From positions 86,899-150,898 of the forward strand of contig CAWARY010000020.1 in NCBI GenBank assembly GCA_963784645.1: a stretch of DNA of 64,000 nucleotides, written 5' to 3'. This DNA is from an uncultured Actinomycetota bacterium. GTDB lineage: Bacteria; Actinomycetota; Actinomycetes; JACCUZ01. Both the position numbers and the translations under genes were made by a program. Below, piece after piece: positions 1-11,132 of this stretch (positions are counted from its first letter, which is position 1; each line of letters starts with the position of its first letter). The notes beneath the pieces were generated by a model. That model did not search any database. It was not told the origin of the DNA and saw only the letters and a list, made by a program, of their open reading frames with translations.

Positions 1-656
1 GCCGCCAGGGACTCACCGCCACCGGAGAACGCCACGTAGTTGAGGTCGGTCGGCTGGGCGCCGGCCGCCTTGGTCAGCAGCCCGGCCACGATGTGGTCGG
101 TGCCGCCGGCCGAGCCACCTGCGATGGCGACCTTGCGGCCGCGCGCGGCCAGGTCGTCGCCGAGGTCCTTGATGGTCTTGTACGGGCTCTCGGCGGGGAC
201 CACGATCACCTCGTCCTCGGCGGTGAGCCGCGCGATCGGTGTGACGTCGTCGAGAGTGGTCGGCGAGCCGCTGGTCTCGATCGCGCCGATCATGACCAGG
301 CCCATCACCATGAGGTAGCTGGTGCTCTTCTCGTTGGCGAGCTGAGCGAGGCCGATGGTGCCGCCGGCCCCCGGGACGTTGGTGACGGTCGTGCGCTTCG
401 CCAGGTCGGCGCCCTCGACCGATGCCGACATGGCTCGAGCGGTGCTGTCCCAGCCGCCGCCCGGATCGGCCGGGGCCATGATCTCCAGGCGGCTCAGGGA
501 GATGTCGGAACCCGAGCCGGCCCCGGTGTCGGACGCCTTGTCGACGGTGCCGCCGCAGGCGGACAGGACGAGAGCAGCGACCGAGCCGGCCACCGCCACG
601 GCGAGGCCCCGAAGGCGGGATCCGGTACGAGGTGCATGGGTGACGTGGAGTGCCAT
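1..656 (-). CDS. tctC: Tripartite tricarboxylate transporter substrate-binding protein (TctC family), 5' part only; the gene runs off the window start
   Basis: Reverse-complement translation from the ATG at 656 gives [42 protein letters not shown]..., with a signal peptide and LSAC lipobox. The mature region, [19 protein letters not shown]...[15 protein letters not shown], is typical of the TctC/Bug family. The gene is not in the supplied ORF track because it is truncated by the window edge. It lies in a different frame from the spurious 13..2274 ORF. Confidence 0.6.
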   Translation of the reverse strand, partial: MALHVTHAPRTGSRLRGLAVAVAGSVAALVLSACGGTVDKASDTGAGSGSDISLSRLEIMAPADPGGGWDSTARAMSASVEGADLAKRTTVTNVPGAGGTIGLAQLANEKSTSYLMVMGLVMIGAIETSGSPTTLDDVTPIARLTAEDEVIVVPAESPYKTIKDLGDDLAARGRKVAIAGGSAGGTDHIVAGLLTKAAGAQPTDLNYVAFSGGGESLA

Positions 657-828
657 CCGGGGTCCTTTCGTTTCTCGGAGGTTTCGTCCTCCGGGTGCGG
701 CGGACGCTAGGTCCGGGCCGGGACGGCTGGACAGCCCTTCGGTCGTAGGGGTCGTACTGGTCGTAGAGGTCGTACTGGTCGTTGTGGTCGCACTGGGCTG
801 TGGGTCGGACCTGCGGCACCATGTCTGG

Positions 829-2436
829 GTGCGCCGTGCGTTCCCGTTGTCCGTCCAGCTGCTCGCGATGCAGGTCGCGATCGTGCTGGCGACCCTGCTC
901 GCAGCCGGATTCCTGGCGGCCCACGTGCAGTCGGAGCAGATCCGTTCGACCTACGCCGGCCGGGTGCTGACGATCGCGCGCAGCCTGGCCGCACTGCCGG
1001 CCGTCGAGGCGGCGTACTCCTCCAGCGACCCTTCGGCGACCCTGCAGCCGCTCGCCGAGCAGGTACGCGCGTCCGCCGGCGCCGAGTTCGTGGTGTTCAC
1101 CGACGCCCGGGGCATCCGCTACTCCCACCCGGACCCGGCCGAGATCGGCCATCGGGTGTCGACCGACCCGAGCATCGCCCTGGAGGGCGGCGAGTTCGTC
1201 GGCACCGAGACGGGCACCCTGGGCCGCTCCCTGCGCGCGAAGGTCCCGGTGCGCGACGCCCGCGGCGGGGTCATCGGGGTCGTGTCCGTCGGCGTCCTCG
1301 AGTCGCGGCTGTCCGCCGACCAGGCGCACGTCGTACCGCGCCTGGTCGCATGGTTGACCGCAGCCGCACTGGTCGGCGTCCTGGGGGCGGTCGTCGTCAC
1401 CCGTCTGGTCCGGCGGCGGATCTTCGGCCTGGAGCCGGAGGAGATCGTCGAGCTGCTGCAGGCACGCGAGGCCATGCTGCACGGCGTTCGGGAGGGGGTC
1501 GTCGCTGTCGACTCGCGCGGTCGCGTGGTGCTGGTCAACGACGAGGCGGTCCGCCTGCTCGACCTGCCGGACGACGCGACCGGCCGGCCGGCCCGGGACG
1601 TCCTGGCCGTCGACCTGCTGCCTTTGACCGTCGCGGGCGAGGACCGTGCCGACGAGCTCGTGCTGGCCGGCGAACGGCTCCTGGTGGTCAACAGCACCAC
1701 CGCACGGGTCGGCGACCGTGAGGTCGGCCGGATCATGACCCTGCGCGACCGCACCGAGCTCTTCGACGCGTTGCGCGCGCTGGACGGGCAGCGTGACATC
1801 ACCGATGCCCTGAGGGCTCAGGCGCACGAGTTCTCCAACAATTTGCACGTCGTCTCCGGGCTCATCGACCTGGGCCGGCCCGGCGAGGCCGTCGACTTCA
1901 TCGAACGCGTGGGGGGTGGCACCGGCGCGACGTACGGCGCCTCGCTGCGCGAGGTGGAGGACCCGGCGGTCGCGGCCGTGCTGGTGACCAAGACGGCAAT
2001 GGCCCGCGAGCGCGGGGTTGCGTTCCACCTCGAGGACGAGACCGAGGTCGCCGACGGCGCGGGCAACGACGTGGTGACCATCATCGGCAACCTGGTCGAC
2101 AACGCCGTCGACGCGACCGGCCCGGGCGGCAGCGTCACCGTCCTGGTCCGGAGCGGGACGGACGGCTCGGTGGAGATCCGGGTCCGCGACGACGGCCCCG
2201 GCATCCCCCTCGAGCTCCGGGAGCGGATCTTCGACACGGGGGTGACGACCAAGTCGCCCACTGACGACCATCACGGCCGGGGCATCGGCCTGGCTCTGGT
2301 GTCGCGGATCGTCCGGCGGCGCAGCGGGCGGATCGACGTCACTGACGCGGAAGCCGGTGGCACCGTGTTCGCCGTGACGTTACCGCCACTGCACTCCGTC
2401 GCCACGGCCGGACGGAACCAGGCGGCGACGCCGTGA
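829..2436 (+). CDS. Sensor histidine kinase, CitA/DcuS (SpoOB-like) family. The start is GTG 829 or ATG 868; the N-terminal part of the 355..2436 ORF is antisense to tctC.
   Basis: Two TM segments flank a periplasmic sensing domain. A PAS-like region follows. The HATPase_c motifs NLVDNAVDA and DDGPGIP are present, and [12 protein letters not shown] is near the C-terminus. Domain order matches DcuS/CitA kinases. The gene is divergent from tctC. Confidence 0.75.
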   Translation: MRRAFPLSVQLLAMQVAIVLATLLAAGFLAAHVQSEQIRSTYAGRVLTIARSLAALPAVEAAYSSSDPSATLQPLAEQVRASAGAEFVVFTDARGIRYSHPDPAEIGHRVSTDPSIALEGGEFVGTETGTLGRSLRAKVPVRDARGGVIGVVSVGVLESRLSADQAHVVPRLVAWLTAAALVGVLGAVVVTRLVRRRIFGLEPEEIVELLQAREAMLHGVREGVVAVDSRGRVVLVNDEAVRLLDLPDDATGRPARDVLAVDLLPLTVAGEDRADELVLAGERLLVVNSTTARVGDREVGRIMTLRDRTELFDALRALDGQRDITDALRAQAHEFSNNLHVVSGLIDLGRPGEAVDFIERVGGGTGATYGASLREVEDPAVAAVLVTKTAMARERGVAFHLEDETEVADGAGNDVVTIIGNLVDNAVDATGPGGSVTVLVRSGTDGSVEIRVRDDGPGIPLELRERIFDTGVTTKSPTDDHHGRGIGLALVSRIVRRRSGRIDVTDAEAGGTVFAVTLPPLHSVATAGRNQAATP

Positions 2437-3152
2437 CCGACCGGATCCGGACGCTGGTCGTGGACGACGACTTCGCCGTCGCCTCGCTGCACCGTGCCTA
2501 CCTCGAGGCTCTCAGCGGTTTCACCGTCGTCGCCGAGGCGCACAGCGCGCGGCAGGCGCTGCACGCCGTCGACGACCTCAAGCCTGACCTCGTCCTGCTC
2601 GACATCCACCTGCCCGACCTGTCCGGTCTCGACGTCCTCCAGCGGCTCCGGTCGCGGCCCGGCGGCCGCGAGACGGATGTGATCGCCATCACCGCTGCGC
2701 GCGAGGTGGAGACGGTCCGCGCAGCGATGGCCGGCGGCGTGTCGCACTACCTGGTCAAACCGTTCACCCTGCAGGTGTTCCGGGAACGGCTCGAGGAGTA
2801 CGCCGTCCGCCGCCGTGAGCTGCACCGGCGATCCGCCGGGAGCGGCACGGTCCGCGACCAGGAGGACGTCGACCGCCTGCTGACGGCGACGCACCGCACC
2901 GGTGGGTCGAGTCAGGACCTGCCCAAGGGCCTGAGCCGGCACACCCTCGCGCTGATGGCCGACGTCCTCCAGGAGGCTGACGGCGACCTCTCGGCCGCGG
3001 AGGCGGCCGAGCAGAGCGGCCTGTCACGGGTCAGCTGTCGGCGCTACCTCGAGCAGCTCGCGGCGACCGGTCTGGCCGAGGTGCGCCCCCGCTACGGTGG
3101 CACCGGCCGCCCCGAGAACGGCTACGTCTGGAGCGGTACCGATGCCGACTGA
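2433..3152 (+). CDS. Response regulator, CitB/DcuR family (REC domain plus C-terminal HTH)
   Basis: Translation is [24 protein letters not shown]...KPDLVLLDIHLPDLSGLDVL, a REC domain with the conserved Asp pocket. There is a 4-nt ATGA overlap with the kinase stop. Confidence 0.8.
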   Translation: MTDRIRTLVVDDDFAVASLHRAYLEALSGFTVVAEAHSARQALHAVDDLKPDLVLLDIHLPDLSGLDVLQRLRSRPGGRETDVIAITAAREVETVRAAMAGGVSHYLVKPFTLQVFRERLEEYAVRRRELHRRSAGSGTVRDQEDVDRLLTATHRTGGSSQDLPKGLSRHTLALMADVLQEADGDLSAAEAAEQSGLSRVSCRRYLEQLAATGLAEVRPRYGGTGRPENGYVWSGTDAD

Positions 3153-3531
3153 CCCCGCAGCGGCCCTGGTTCACAGCGCCGCCTCGGACCACGTCGAGAC
3201 CGACGCCACGCCGGGAATGACCCGCCGCCGGGCGGTCGACACCGGCACGATGTGGGCCGGGACGGCCACCACGGCTCCCGGCATGGTGTCCGGCTGGCAC
3301 CACCACGGCGAGCACGAGTCCACGATCTACGTCGTGCGCGGCGCGCTGCACATGGACTTCGGTGCCGCTGGAGGCGAGGCCATCGATGCCGTGGTGGGCG
3401 ATGTCGTCCAGGTGCCCGCGGGCGCCGTGCACCGCGAGTCGAACCCGCTCGGCGAGGACTCCCTGCTGTTCGTGGTGCGCTGCGGGACGGGCGAGCCGAC
3501 GGTGAATGTCGACGGCCCGGCGCCCGGCTGA
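3142..3531 (+). CDS. Cupin domain protein. The start is uncertain; an alternative ATG lies at 3217.
   Basis: The motif GWHHHGEHESTIYVVRGALHMDFG...VVQVPAGAVHRESN is a two-His cupin signature. The gene overlaps the regulator stop by 11 nt if the ATG at 3142 is used. Confidence 0.5.
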   Translation: MPTDPAAALVHSAASDHVETDATPGMTRRRAVDTGTMWAGTATTAPGMVSGWHHHGEHESTIYVVRGALHMDFGAAGGEAIDAVVGDVVQVPAGAVHRESNPLGEDSLLFVVRCGTGEPTVNVDGPAPG

Positions 3532-3544
3532 CGCGAGCGGCAGG

Positions 3545-4777
3545 ATGTCGGGCATGACAGCTGCCGGCGGTCCCCACGTCCTCGACGTTCTCCGCGTCCG
3601 CGCCGCGTTCCCCGCGCTCGACCACGGCGTCGCACACTTCGACGGGCCGGGCGGCTCCCAGGTCCCCAGCACCGTCGCCGAAGCTGTCGCGCGGACCCTG
3701 ACGGCCGGGGTCGCCAACCGCGGCACCGTCACCGACGCGGAGCGCCGCGCCGAGTCCGCCGTGGTCGACGCCCGCCAGGCGATGGCCGACCTGGTGGGGG
3801 CGGACCCGCGCGGCGTGGTGTTCGGGCGCTCGATGACCCAGCTGACCTACGACGTGTCGCGGGCGCTCGCCAAGGACTGGGGACCGGGCGACGAGGTCGT
3901 CGTCACCCGACTCGACCACGACGCCAACATCCGCCCGTGGGTCGCGGCCGCCGAGAGCATCGGCGCCACCGTGCGGTGGGCCGGCTTCGACCGAGCGACC
4001 GGTGAGCTCGACGTCGCCGAGATCGCGTCGCTGCTGGGCGACCGCACCCGGCTGGTGGCGGTCACGGCTGCCTCGAACCTGCTCGGCACCCGACCCGACG
4101 TCCCGGCGATCGCTGCCGCCGCCCGGTCCGCCGGTGCCCTCGTGTACGTCGACGGCGTCCACCTCGCACCGCACGCACCGGTGGACGTGGCGGCGCTCGG
4201 CGCCGACTTCTTCGCCTGCTCGCCGTACAAGTTCTTCGGTCCGCACCTGGGTGCCGTCGTGGCCGACCCCGCACAGCTCGAGCGCCTGCACCCGGACAAG
4301 CTGCTGCCGTCGAGCGACGCGGTGCCCGAGCGGTTCGAGCTCGGCACGCTCCCCTACGAGCTGCTCTCGGGGGTGACGGCGACGGTCGATTTCATCGCGG
4401 ACCTGGTCCCCGGCCCGGGCGAGCGCCGCGCCCGCGTACTGGCCTCGATGGCGGCGGTCGAGGCACACGAGGACCGGTTGCTGCGGCGCCTGCTCACGGG
4501 GCTGGGCGACATCGACGGCATCACGTTGCACGGGGACCCGGCCCGGCGCACACCGACCGCCCTGTTCACCGTCGAGGGCCGCCGCGGTCGCGAGGTGCAC
4601 GAGCTGCTCGGTGCCGCGCGCATCAACGCACCCGCCGGGAGCTTCTACGCTCTCGAGGCGTCACGCTGGCTGGGGCTCGGTGACACCGGAGCGGTGCGCG
4701 CCGGGCTGGCACCGTACTCCGACGACGAGGACGTGTCCCGGCTGCTGGCAGCCGTCGCCGCCCTCGCCGTTCCGTGA
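3545..4777 (+). CDS. Aminotransferase class V / cysteine desulfurase-like PLP enzyme
   Basis: Fold-type I PLP enzyme features are present: SNLLG, DGVHLAPHAPVDVAALGADFFACSPYKFFGPHLG (the Lys in SPYKF is the putative PLP lysine), and a C-terminal YSDDEDV. The start was chosen at MSGMTAAGGP. Confidence 0.7.
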   Translation: MSGMTAAGGPHVLDVLRVRAAFPALDHGVAHFDGPGGSQVPSTVAEAVARTLTAGVANRGTVTDAERRAESAVVDARQAMADLVGADPRGVVFGRSMTQLTYDVSRALAKDWGPGDEVVVTRLDHDANIRPWVAAAESIGATVRWAGFDRATGELDVAEIASLLGDRTRLVAVTAASNLLGTRPDVPAIAAAARSAGALVYVDGVHLAPHAPVDVAALGADFFACSPYKFFGPHLGAVVADPAQLERLHPDKLLPSSDAVPERFELGTLPYELLSGVTATVDFIADLVPGPGERRARVLASMAAVEAHEDRLLRRLLTGLGDIDGITLHGDPARRTPTALFTVEGRRGREVHELLGAARINAPAGSFYALEASRWLGLGDTGAVRAGLAPYSDDEDVSRLLAAVAALAVP

Positions 4778-4890
4778 TCCACACCGGATCGTTGCACATC
4801 GACCACACGGAGCCCGGGTCGATCACCGGGTGCAGCGGTCAGGTACGTCGACCCGCTCGATCACACCTCGGCCCGCGCCACCACGCAGGG

Positions 4891-5079
4891 TCAGAGGGCG
4901 CCGCCCACTCCGCCCCAGCCGTCCTTCTGGGACGAGCCGGGTGGCCCGCCGTCCGCGCCCAGGTCGCGGTTGCCGTGCGGGTCCGTCCCGTCCTCACCGG
5001 GCCCGCCGTCGCGTCGTCGCCAGACGAGCAGGCCGATCGGTACGGCGACGACGAGCGCGAGGAACACGAGCCAGGCCAT
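4891..5079 (-). CDS. Small hypothetical membrane protein of 62 aa with one TM helix
   Basis: Translation is MAWLVFLALVVAVPIGLLVWRRRDGG.... A GGAGG sequence lies 5 nt upstream of the ATG. This is the only protein-like part of the 216-aa track ORF 4891..5541. Confidence 0.35.
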   Translation of the reverse strand: MAWLVFLALVVAVPIGLLVWRRRDGGPGEDGTDPHGNRDLGADGGPPGSSQKDGWGGVGGAL

Positions 5080-5230
5080 GGCAACCTCCGTGGGCATCCT
5101 GCGGTACCGCTGACTGTAGGACCCGGGTGGCCGCTGCCGCCGTGACCCGGCCGCAACGGCCTGCCCGCCCGAGGGAACCGGGCGGGTGGCGACGGCGTCG
5201 AAGCCGCACCACCAGCGCCCGGAGGCCACG

Positions 5231-6010
5231 ATGCAGCCCACCCCCCGATCCCCTCTCGTCGTGCTCGCCGCCGTCGCCGGCACGCTCGCGCTCGTCGTGA
5301 CCGGCTGGCTGCTCGGGCACGGCGGCGCGACCGCCCCTGCGGCCGTCGCCGCCACCTCCTCGGGGGACGGCAGCGGCGACCGGGCACGGGACGGTGTCCT
5401 GGTCAGCGGTACCGGCGAGGTGACCGGACGGCCCGACACGCTCGTGGCGCAGTTCGGCGCCGAGGCAACCGCGGGATCCGTCGACGAGGCACTGGCCCGT
5501 GCCGACCGCGCGCTGGGCCGCATCACCGATGCGCTGCGCAAGGGTGGCGTGGACGACGCCGACTTGCAGACCGCAGGTCTCGACGTCTATCCCCAGTACT
5601 CGGACGACGGTCGGCAGGTCACCGGCTACCAGGCGCAGCAGCAGCTCACCGTCACCTTCCGCGACGTCGACGCCGCCGGCCGGCTGATCGGCCGGGCCGT
5701 GTCCGCCGGCGGCGACGCCGCTCGGCTGTCCGGGCTGTCGTTCCGCATCGACGACGACTCGGCCCTGCTGGCCGACGCCCGGCGCAAGGCGTTCGGCGAC
5801 GCCAAGGCGAAGGCCGAGCTGTACGGCGACGCCGCCGGCCGAGGGCTGGGACGCGTGGTCAGCGTCACCGAGACAGTCACCGGCAACGACCGCCCGTACC
5901 CCATGCCCGCCTTCGACGCCGCGCGCTCGTCGGCCGGCGGCGACGTGCAGATCGAGGCCGGTCAGCAGCAGCTGTCGGTCACCGTGACGGTCGAGTGGTC
6001 CTTCGACTGA
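5231..6010 (+). CDS. SIMPL domain protein (DUF541 / BP26-like periplasmic protein)
   Basis: GGAGGC lies 5 nt before the ATG. An N-terminal TM or signal region, LVVLAAVAGTLALVVTGWLL, is followed by the SIMPL-type repeated beta motif ...QAQQQLTVTF..VQIEAGQQQLSVTVTVEW. Confidence 0.7.
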   Translation: MQPTPRSPLVVLAAVAGTLALVVTGWLLGHGGATAPAAVAATSSGDGSGDRARDGVLVSGTGEVTGRPDTLVAQFGAEATAGSVDEALARADRALGRITDALRKGGVDDADLQTAGLDVYPQYSDDGRQVTGYQAQQQLTVTFRDVDAAGRLIGRAVSAGGDAARLSGLSFRIDDDSALLADARRKAFGDAKAKAELYGDAAGRGLGRVVSVTETVTGNDRPYPMPAFDAARSSAGGDVQIEAGQQQLSVTVTVEWSFD

Positions 6011-6031
6011 CGCGACGATCCCTGGGGACGG

Positions 6032-7930
6032 TCAGTCGGCGACGTGGTGCTGCTCGACCTCGGCGGGCAGCCCGGAGACGGTCTCGACGATGTCGCGGGC
6101 GATGTCCTGTGCCGTGAGCCCGATCTCGGCCAGGACCTCCTGCCGCTTGGCGTGGTCGAGGAACCGTAGCGGGATGCCGAAGTCGCGCAACGGGGTCGCG
6201 ACACGGGCGTCGCGGAGCGCCTGGGCGACCGCGCCGGAGACCCCGCCCCGCAGGCCGTCCTCCACCACGACGACCACGCCGACGTCGCGAGCCATCCGGA
6301 CGATCTCGGCCGGCACCGGCTTGACCCAGCGGGGGTCGACGACGGTGACGCCGATGCCCTGCTGGGCGCAGCGTTGCGCGACGTCGAGGCAGGTCTCGAC
6401 CATCGAGCCGACAGCGACCACCAGGACGTCGTCGCCGTCGCGCAGCATGATGTCGACGACGCCGACCCGGTCGAGAGCGGGCAGGTCGGGGCCGACCGCG
6501 CCGGTCGGGTAGCGCACCACCGTGGGAGCGTCGTCGACCGCGACGGCCTCGCGCAGCTCCTCGCGGAGGGTGACGGCGTCGCGGGGGGCGGCCAGCCGCA
6601 GTCCCGGCACCGCCTGGAGCACGGTCATGTCCCACATGCCGTGGTGGCTGGCGCCGTCGGGGCCGGTGACTCCGGACCGGTCGAGGCAGAACGTGACCCC
6701 GCAGCGGTGCAGGGCCACGTCCATGACGACCTGGTCGAACGCCCGGTTGAGGAACGTCGCGTAGACGGCGACCACCGGGTGCAGCCCGCCGAGCGCCAGC
6801 CCGGCGGCCGATGTCGCCGCGTGCTGCTCGGCGATGCCCACGTCGAAGATGCGGTCCGGGTACGCCGCCGCGAACGCGTCCAGCCCGGTCGGGATCAGCA
6901 TGGCGGCGGTGATGCCGACGACGTCGGGGCGGTCGGCGCCGATCGCGACGAGCTCGTCGGAGAAGACCTGGGTCCACGCGGTCCCGGTGGCCGCCAGCGG
7001 CTGCCCCGTCTCCGGGTCGATCACACCGATGCCGTGGAAGTGGTCGGCGGTGTCGTCCTCGGCGTACTTGTAGCCGAGGCCCTTGCGAGTGATGGCGTGC
7101 ACCAGCACCGGGCCCTGGTAGCCGCGGGCCCGACGAAGAGCGTGCTCCAGCGCGTCCATGTCGTGGCCGTCGACCGGACCGATGTACTTCAGCCCGAGGT
7201 CCTCGAACATGCCCTGCGGGGCGACGACGTCCTTGAGGCCCTTCTTCACCCCGTGCAGCGCCTCGTACAAGGGCGCGCCGACGACCGGTGTCCGACCGAG
7301 CACCTGCTTGCCCCACTCGAGGAACCGCTCGTAGCCACGGGTGGTGCGCAGCGTCGCCAGGTGGTGCGCGAGACCGCCGATGGTGGGCGCGTAGGAGCGC
7401 TCGTTGTCGTTGACGACGATGACCAGGCGGCGGGTGTGGTCGGCCGCGATGTTGTTGAGCGCCTCCCACGCCATGCCGCCGGTGAGCGACCCGTCGCCGA
7501 CGACGGCCACGACGGTGCGCTCCGTCTCGCCGCGCAGCTGGAACGCCTTGGCCATGCCGTCGGCGTAGGACAGGGCGGTCGAGGCGTGCGAGTTCTCGAT
7601 CACGTCGTGCTCGGACTCGGCGCTGCTCGGGTAGCCGGACAGGCCGCCCTTCTGCCGGAGCGTCGGGAAGCGGGCTGCCCGGCCGGTCACGATCTTGTGG
7701 ACGTAGGCCTGGTGGCCCGTGTCCCACAGGATCCGGTCGCGCGGGGAGTCGAAGACGCGGTGCAGCGCCAGGGTGAGCTCGACGGCTCCGAGGTTGGGCC
7801 CGAGGTGGCCACCCGTCCTGGAGACCGAGGCGATCAGGAAGGTGCGGATCTCCTCCGCGAGGGCGGCCAGCTGCTCGTGGTCGAGCGGGCGCAGGTCCTC
7901 AGGTCCGTGGATCGAGTCCAGCAGGCCCAC
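6032..7930 (-). CDS. dxs: 1-deoxy-D-xylulose-5-phosphate synthase
   Basis: TPP-binding GDG..N motifs ([21 protein letters not shown]), the transketolase pyrimidine-binding domain and the C-terminal domain are all present. The start was chosen at GTG 7930 ([16 protein letters not shown]), which matches the canonical DXS N-terminus. The track ORF extends to 8056. Confidence 0.85.
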   Translation of the reverse strand: MGLLDSIHGPEDLRPLDHEQLAALAEEIRTFLIASVSRTGGHLGPNLGAVELTLALHRVFDSPRDRILWDTGHQAYVHKIVTGRAARFPTLRQKGGLSGYPSSAESEHDVIENSHASTALSYADGMAKAFQLRGETERTVVAVVGDGSLTGGMAWEALNNIAADHTRRLVIVVNDNERSYAPTIGGLAHHLATLRTTRGYERFLEWGKQVLGRTPVVGAPLYEALHGVKKGLKDVVAPQGMFEDLGLKYIGPVDGHDMDALEHALRRARGYQGPVLVHAITRKGLGYKYAEDDTADHFHGIGVIDPETGQPLAATGTAWTQVFSDELVAIGADRPDVVGITAAMLIPTGLDAFAAAYPDRIFDVGIAEQHAATSAAGLALGGLHPVVAVYATFLNRAFDQVVMDVALHRCGVTFCLDRSGVTGPDGASHHGMWDMTVLQAVPGLRLAAPRDAVTLREELREAVAVDDAPTVVRYPTGAVGPDLPALDRVGVVDIMLRDGDDVLVVAVGSMVETCLDVAQRCAQQGIGVTVVDPRWVKPVPAEIVRMARDVGVVVVVEDGLRGGVSGAVAQALRDARVATPLRDFGIPLRFLDHAKRQEVLAEIGLTAQDIARDIVETVSGLPAEVEQHHVAD

Positions 7931-8062
7931 GCGGGGCTCCTCTCGCTCGTCCGGCTGCGGTGTCGGTCGAGATGTCGAGTCTACGTTCCCCTCGAGGACG
8001 GCCCGGACACGTGGTGGGTTCCCTGAGAACGACGGCGGCCGGGTGACCGGCGTCACGGACGG

Positions 8063-8434
8063 TCAGAGCCGGTCCCGGAACCGGCGGCCGCGCAGGGCCT
8101 CCTCGACCAGCCACACGGCGCGCTGGTGGCGCACCAGTCGCGCACCCTCGCGCTCCCAGGCCGCCAGCGCGGCCGCCACCGTCGTGGCGTCCGCCACGTC
8201 GCGCAGCTCGTCACGGATGGTGGAGTACCCGAGACGGGCCGCCTCGACGGCGGACGCGACGTGGCGCGCCGCGAACCGTGCGAGCACCACAGGATGGTTG
8301 CGCAGCACCTCGTGGGCCCGGTAGTCGGGTGGGCATAGGTCGAACAGCCAGGCGGTGGCGGTGCGCTCCCAGTCCGGGGTGTCCGGCGGGCGCACCTCCT
8401 CGGGCCAGCCCGGCGGCACGACGGGACGGCTCAC
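8063..8434 (-). CDS. Hypothetical protein of 123 aa
   Basis: This is the protein-like C-terminal portion of track ORF 8063..9634: VSRPVVPPGWPEEVRPPDTPDWERTATAWLFDLCPPDYRAHEVL.... A GTG start lies 30 nt downstream of the stop of the preceding gene. The remainder of that long ORF is Arg-rich out-of-frame junk that overlaps the 8464..9588 gene. Confidence 0.4.
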   Translation of the reverse strand: MSRPVVPPGWPEEVRPPDTPDWERTATAWLFDLCPPDYRAHEVLRNHPVVLARFAARHVASAVEAARLGYSTIRDELRDVADATTVAAALAAWEREGARLVRHQRAVWLVEEALRGRRFRDRL

Positions 8435-8463
8435 CGGACCAGCGTACGGAACGACCGCCAGCC

Positions 8464-9588
8464 TCAGCCGAGGGCGAGCAGGAGCACCTGGCTGTCCTGG
8501 CCGGCAGTGAAGTTGTTGTCGCTGACCAGCAGCACCGACTGCCGGCCGTCCGGCAGCCGCGGGCCACGGGTCATGCCCTCGACGTTGTCCAGCGGCTGCC
8601 TGCCGACGGTCGAGGGGAGCTGGAGCAGCAGCGTCTTGCGGGCCGCCCGCAGGCCGGGCACCGCATCGATGTCCGCTACCCCGGAGACATCCGTGGCGCC
8701 CGGCAGCGCGGCCCGGTAGATGCGGATGGTGTTGCCCGCGCCCACGGAGAAGGAGCGCTCCATGGCGAGCAGGAACTGGCCGTTCAGCGGGAGCAGCTCG
8801 ACCAGGCCGTTGACACTGAACACCGGCGACGGGGCGACGACCGGCTCCGTGCGGTAGACGAACTCGCGGGCGACGCCGTAGTGACCGAGGTGGTAGCGCA
8901 GGATGCGCGCCGGGCTGCCCGTGGACGTGGACGCAGCCGGACCGTCCTGGAGAAGCGCGTTCTCGGCGCCGACGAACAGCTGCTGCCCGTCGGGGGACAC
9001 CGCCGCCGACTCGAAGCCGAGGTTCTGCCGTACGCCCGAGGTGGGTGTCGGGTCGTAGTAGCCGGGCACGGGCAGCCCCCGCAGCTGCCGGCCGGACAGG
9101 TCGAACTCGCGCACGAAGGGCGCGATGCTTCGGGACGAGATGCCCTCCGAGGTGACGACGAGCGTGTCCTGCGGAGTCAGGGTGAGACCTTCGGGGTCGA
9201 GGCTCTGGGCCGGGAACGGCTGGCCGTCGGCACCGAGCAGCGTCGTTGTCGCCAGCACGGTCACGTCGCCGGCGTCCAGCGAGCCGTCGCTGATGTCGAT
9301 CGACAGCGTGTAGAACCGCGCGGGTGAGCTCGTCGGGGTGAAGCCAGCACCCTGGTCGTCGGACAGCGCGTAGTAGACGCCGCGCCGCGTGTCGTAGGAC
9401 AACGAGGACAACCCGCCGACCACGGTGCCGCCGAACGTCGCACCGGCGGCGATCGTGGCGCCGCCGAGGTACTCGAGGTCGGCCGCCGGTCCGCGCGGGC
9501 CGGTGGCGTTGGCGGGGCCGACCAGAAGGCCGGAGGCGAGCCCGGTGACGGCACCGAGGAGAGCGACACGACGGAGCGGGACGAGCAT
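8464..9588 (-). CDS. Secreted esterase-like / phytase-like family protein
   Basis: A signal peptide, MLVPLRRVALLGAVTGLASGLLVGPANA, is followed by a Gly/Thr/Ser-rich beta-propeller-like repeat composition typical of the phytase-esterase-like family. Confidence 0.55.
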   Translation of the reverse strand: MLVPLRRVALLGAVTGLASGLLVGPANATGPRGPAADLEYLGGATIAAGATFGGTVVGGLSSLSYDTRRGVYYALSDDQGAGFTPTSSPARFYTLSIDISDGSLDAGDVTVLATTTLLGADGQPFPAQSLDPEGLTLTPQDTLVVTSEGISSRSIAPFVREFDLSGRQLRGLPVPGYYDPTPTSGVRQNLGFESAAVSPDGQQLFVGAENALLQDGPAASTSTGSPARILRYHLGHYGVAREFVYRTEPVVAPSPVFSVNGLVELLPLNGQFLLAMERSFSVGAGNTIRIYRAALPGATDVSGVADIDAVPGLRAARKTLLLQLPSTVGRQPLDNVEGMTRGPRLPDGRQSVLLVSDNNFTAGQDSQVLLLALG

Positions 9589-9702
9589 GCGGGCTCCTCG
9601 GAGCGGCGACGGGTGGTCGGGGGTCGTGCACCACTCTGTCCGGTTTTGCGGAGAGCGCGCAACACGCGCAGGCGGACCCCGGGAGCGGAGGAAGGACCGG
9701 GC

Positions 9703-11130
9703 TCAGCTCGCCCGGACCGCCGTCATCTCGCGCACCTCGGAATACCGCGCACGGACCGAGGGCGTCGGGTCGGCCTCGAACGTCTGTGACCGCGCCGTCT
9801 CCCAGGTGGGTGCCTCGTCGGTGCCGGCGAGCACCCAGGCAGCCTGGCGGGCAGCGCCGTCGGCGACGTACTCCCCCGGTTCCGGCACGACCACCGGGCA
9901 GCCGAGGACAGCGGGCGCGAGCCGGCGCACCGCCTCGGACCGGGCTCCCCCGCCGACGAGCAGCACCCGGCGCACGTCCGCGCCCTGGTCGCGCAGGGCG
10001 TCCAGCCCGTCGGCCAGACCGCAGAGCAGGCCCTCGACCGCGGCCCGCGCGAGGTGTGCCGGTGTGGTGGAGGTCAGCGTGAGCCCGTGCAGCGCCCCGG
10101 TCGCGTCCGGCCGGTCGGGGGTGCGCTCACCCTCGAGGTACGGCACGAGCACCAGACCGTCGGCACCGGCGGGCGCAGCGAGCGCCAGTGCCGAGAGACC
10201 TGCATGGTCGGTGCCGAGCAGGCCCGCGGTGGCGTCCAGCACCCGCGAGGCGTTGAGCGTGCACACCAGCGGCAGGTAGCGGCCGGTGGCGTCGGCGAAG
10301 CCCGCCACGATCCCTGACGGGTCCCGCGCCGGAACGCCGGCGACCGCGCTCACGACACCCGAGGTCCCCACCGAGACGACGACGTCTCCGGGTCCCGCCC
10401 CCACGCCCAGCGCGGCCGCGGCGTTGTCGCCGGCGCCGGGCCCGAGGACCAGCGAGCCGGCCCGGCCGGCCGCCTCGGCGGGGCCGATGACCGCCGGCAC
10501 GGCCAGCGCCCGGCCGAACCCGCGCTCGAGCAGGTCGGGCCGGTAGGCCTCGCTGACCGCCGACCAGTAGCCGGTGCCGCTCGCGTCCGACCGGTCGGTG
10601 CGGAGCGCATCGAGCCCCGACGGCCCCCCGAGGTGGCCGAGCAGCCGCCAGGTCAGCCAGTCGTGCGGCAGGCAGACGGCCTCGGCGCGGACCGCGACGT
10701 CGGGCTCGTGCTCGGCGAACCAGCGCAGCTTCGCGACGGTGATCGACGCCACCGGCACCACCCCGACGGCGTCTGCCCAGGCCCGGCCGCCGCCGAGCTC
10801 GTCGACGAGGTCGTGCGCTGCCGCCGCCGAGCGGGTGTCGTTCCACAGCAGCGCCGGGCGCACCACCGCACCCGACGCGTCGAGGCAGACCATGCCGTGC
10901 TGCTGACCGCCCACCGAGAGGGCCGCCACGTCGTCCAGGCCGCCGGCCGCCGCTGCGGCCACCTGGAAGGCGTCCCACCACGCGGCCGGGTCGACCTCGG
11001 TGCCGTCCGGGTGCGGCGCCCGGCCGAAGCGCACCAGCGCGCCGGTCGCCGCGTCCCGGACGACCACCTTGCACGCCTGCGTCGAGGAGTCGACGCCGGC
11101 GACGAGGCGGTGCTGCGTGTCGTCCGGCAT
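9703..11130 (-). CDS. xylB: Xylulokinase
   Basis: This is an FGGY-family sugar kinase ([14 protein letters not shown]..., ...[18 protein letters not shown]). It lies immediately downstream of xylA with a 2-nt gap. Confidence 0.8.
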   Translation of the reverse strand: MPDDTQHRLVAGVDSSTQACKVVVRDAATGALVRFGRAPHPDGTEVDPAAWWDAFQVAAAAAGGLDDVAALSVGGQQHGMVCLDASGAVVRPALLWNDTRSAAAAHDLVDELGGGRAWADAVGVVPVASITVAKLRWFAEHEPDVAVRAEAVCLPHDWLTWRLLGHLGGPSGLDALRTDRSDASGTGYWSAVSEAYRPDLLERGFGRALAVPAVIGPAEAAGRAGSLVLGPGAGDNAAAALGVGAGPGDVVVSVGTSGVVSAVAGVPARDPSGIVAGFADATGRYLPLVCTLNASRVLDATAGLLGTDHAGLSALALAAPAGADGLVLVPYLEGERTPDRPDATGALHGLTLTSTTPAHLARAAVEGLLCGLADGLDALRDQGADVRRVLLVGGGARSEAVRRLAPAVLGCPVVVPEPGEYVADGAARQAAWVLAGTDEAPTWETARSQTFEADPTPSVRARYSEVREMTAVRAS

Positions 11131-11132
11131 CG

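Noticed and set aside
13-2274. 753-aa minus-strand ORF, the largest at the window start
   Set aside because: It has an Arg/Gly/Pro-rich low-complexity translation and is antisense to the well-supported sensor-kinase gene. It is a high-GC frame artefact. The real minus-strand gene at the window start (tctC-like) is in another frame.
5979-8026. Long ORFs 5979..7727 (-) and 6374..8026 (+) overlapping dxs
   Set aside because: They are out of frame with or antisense to dxs and have junk composition.
8063-9634. 523-aa minus ORF treated as one gene
   Set aside because: Only the C-terminal 123 aa are protein-like. The rest overlaps the phytase-like gene (8464-9588) in another frame.
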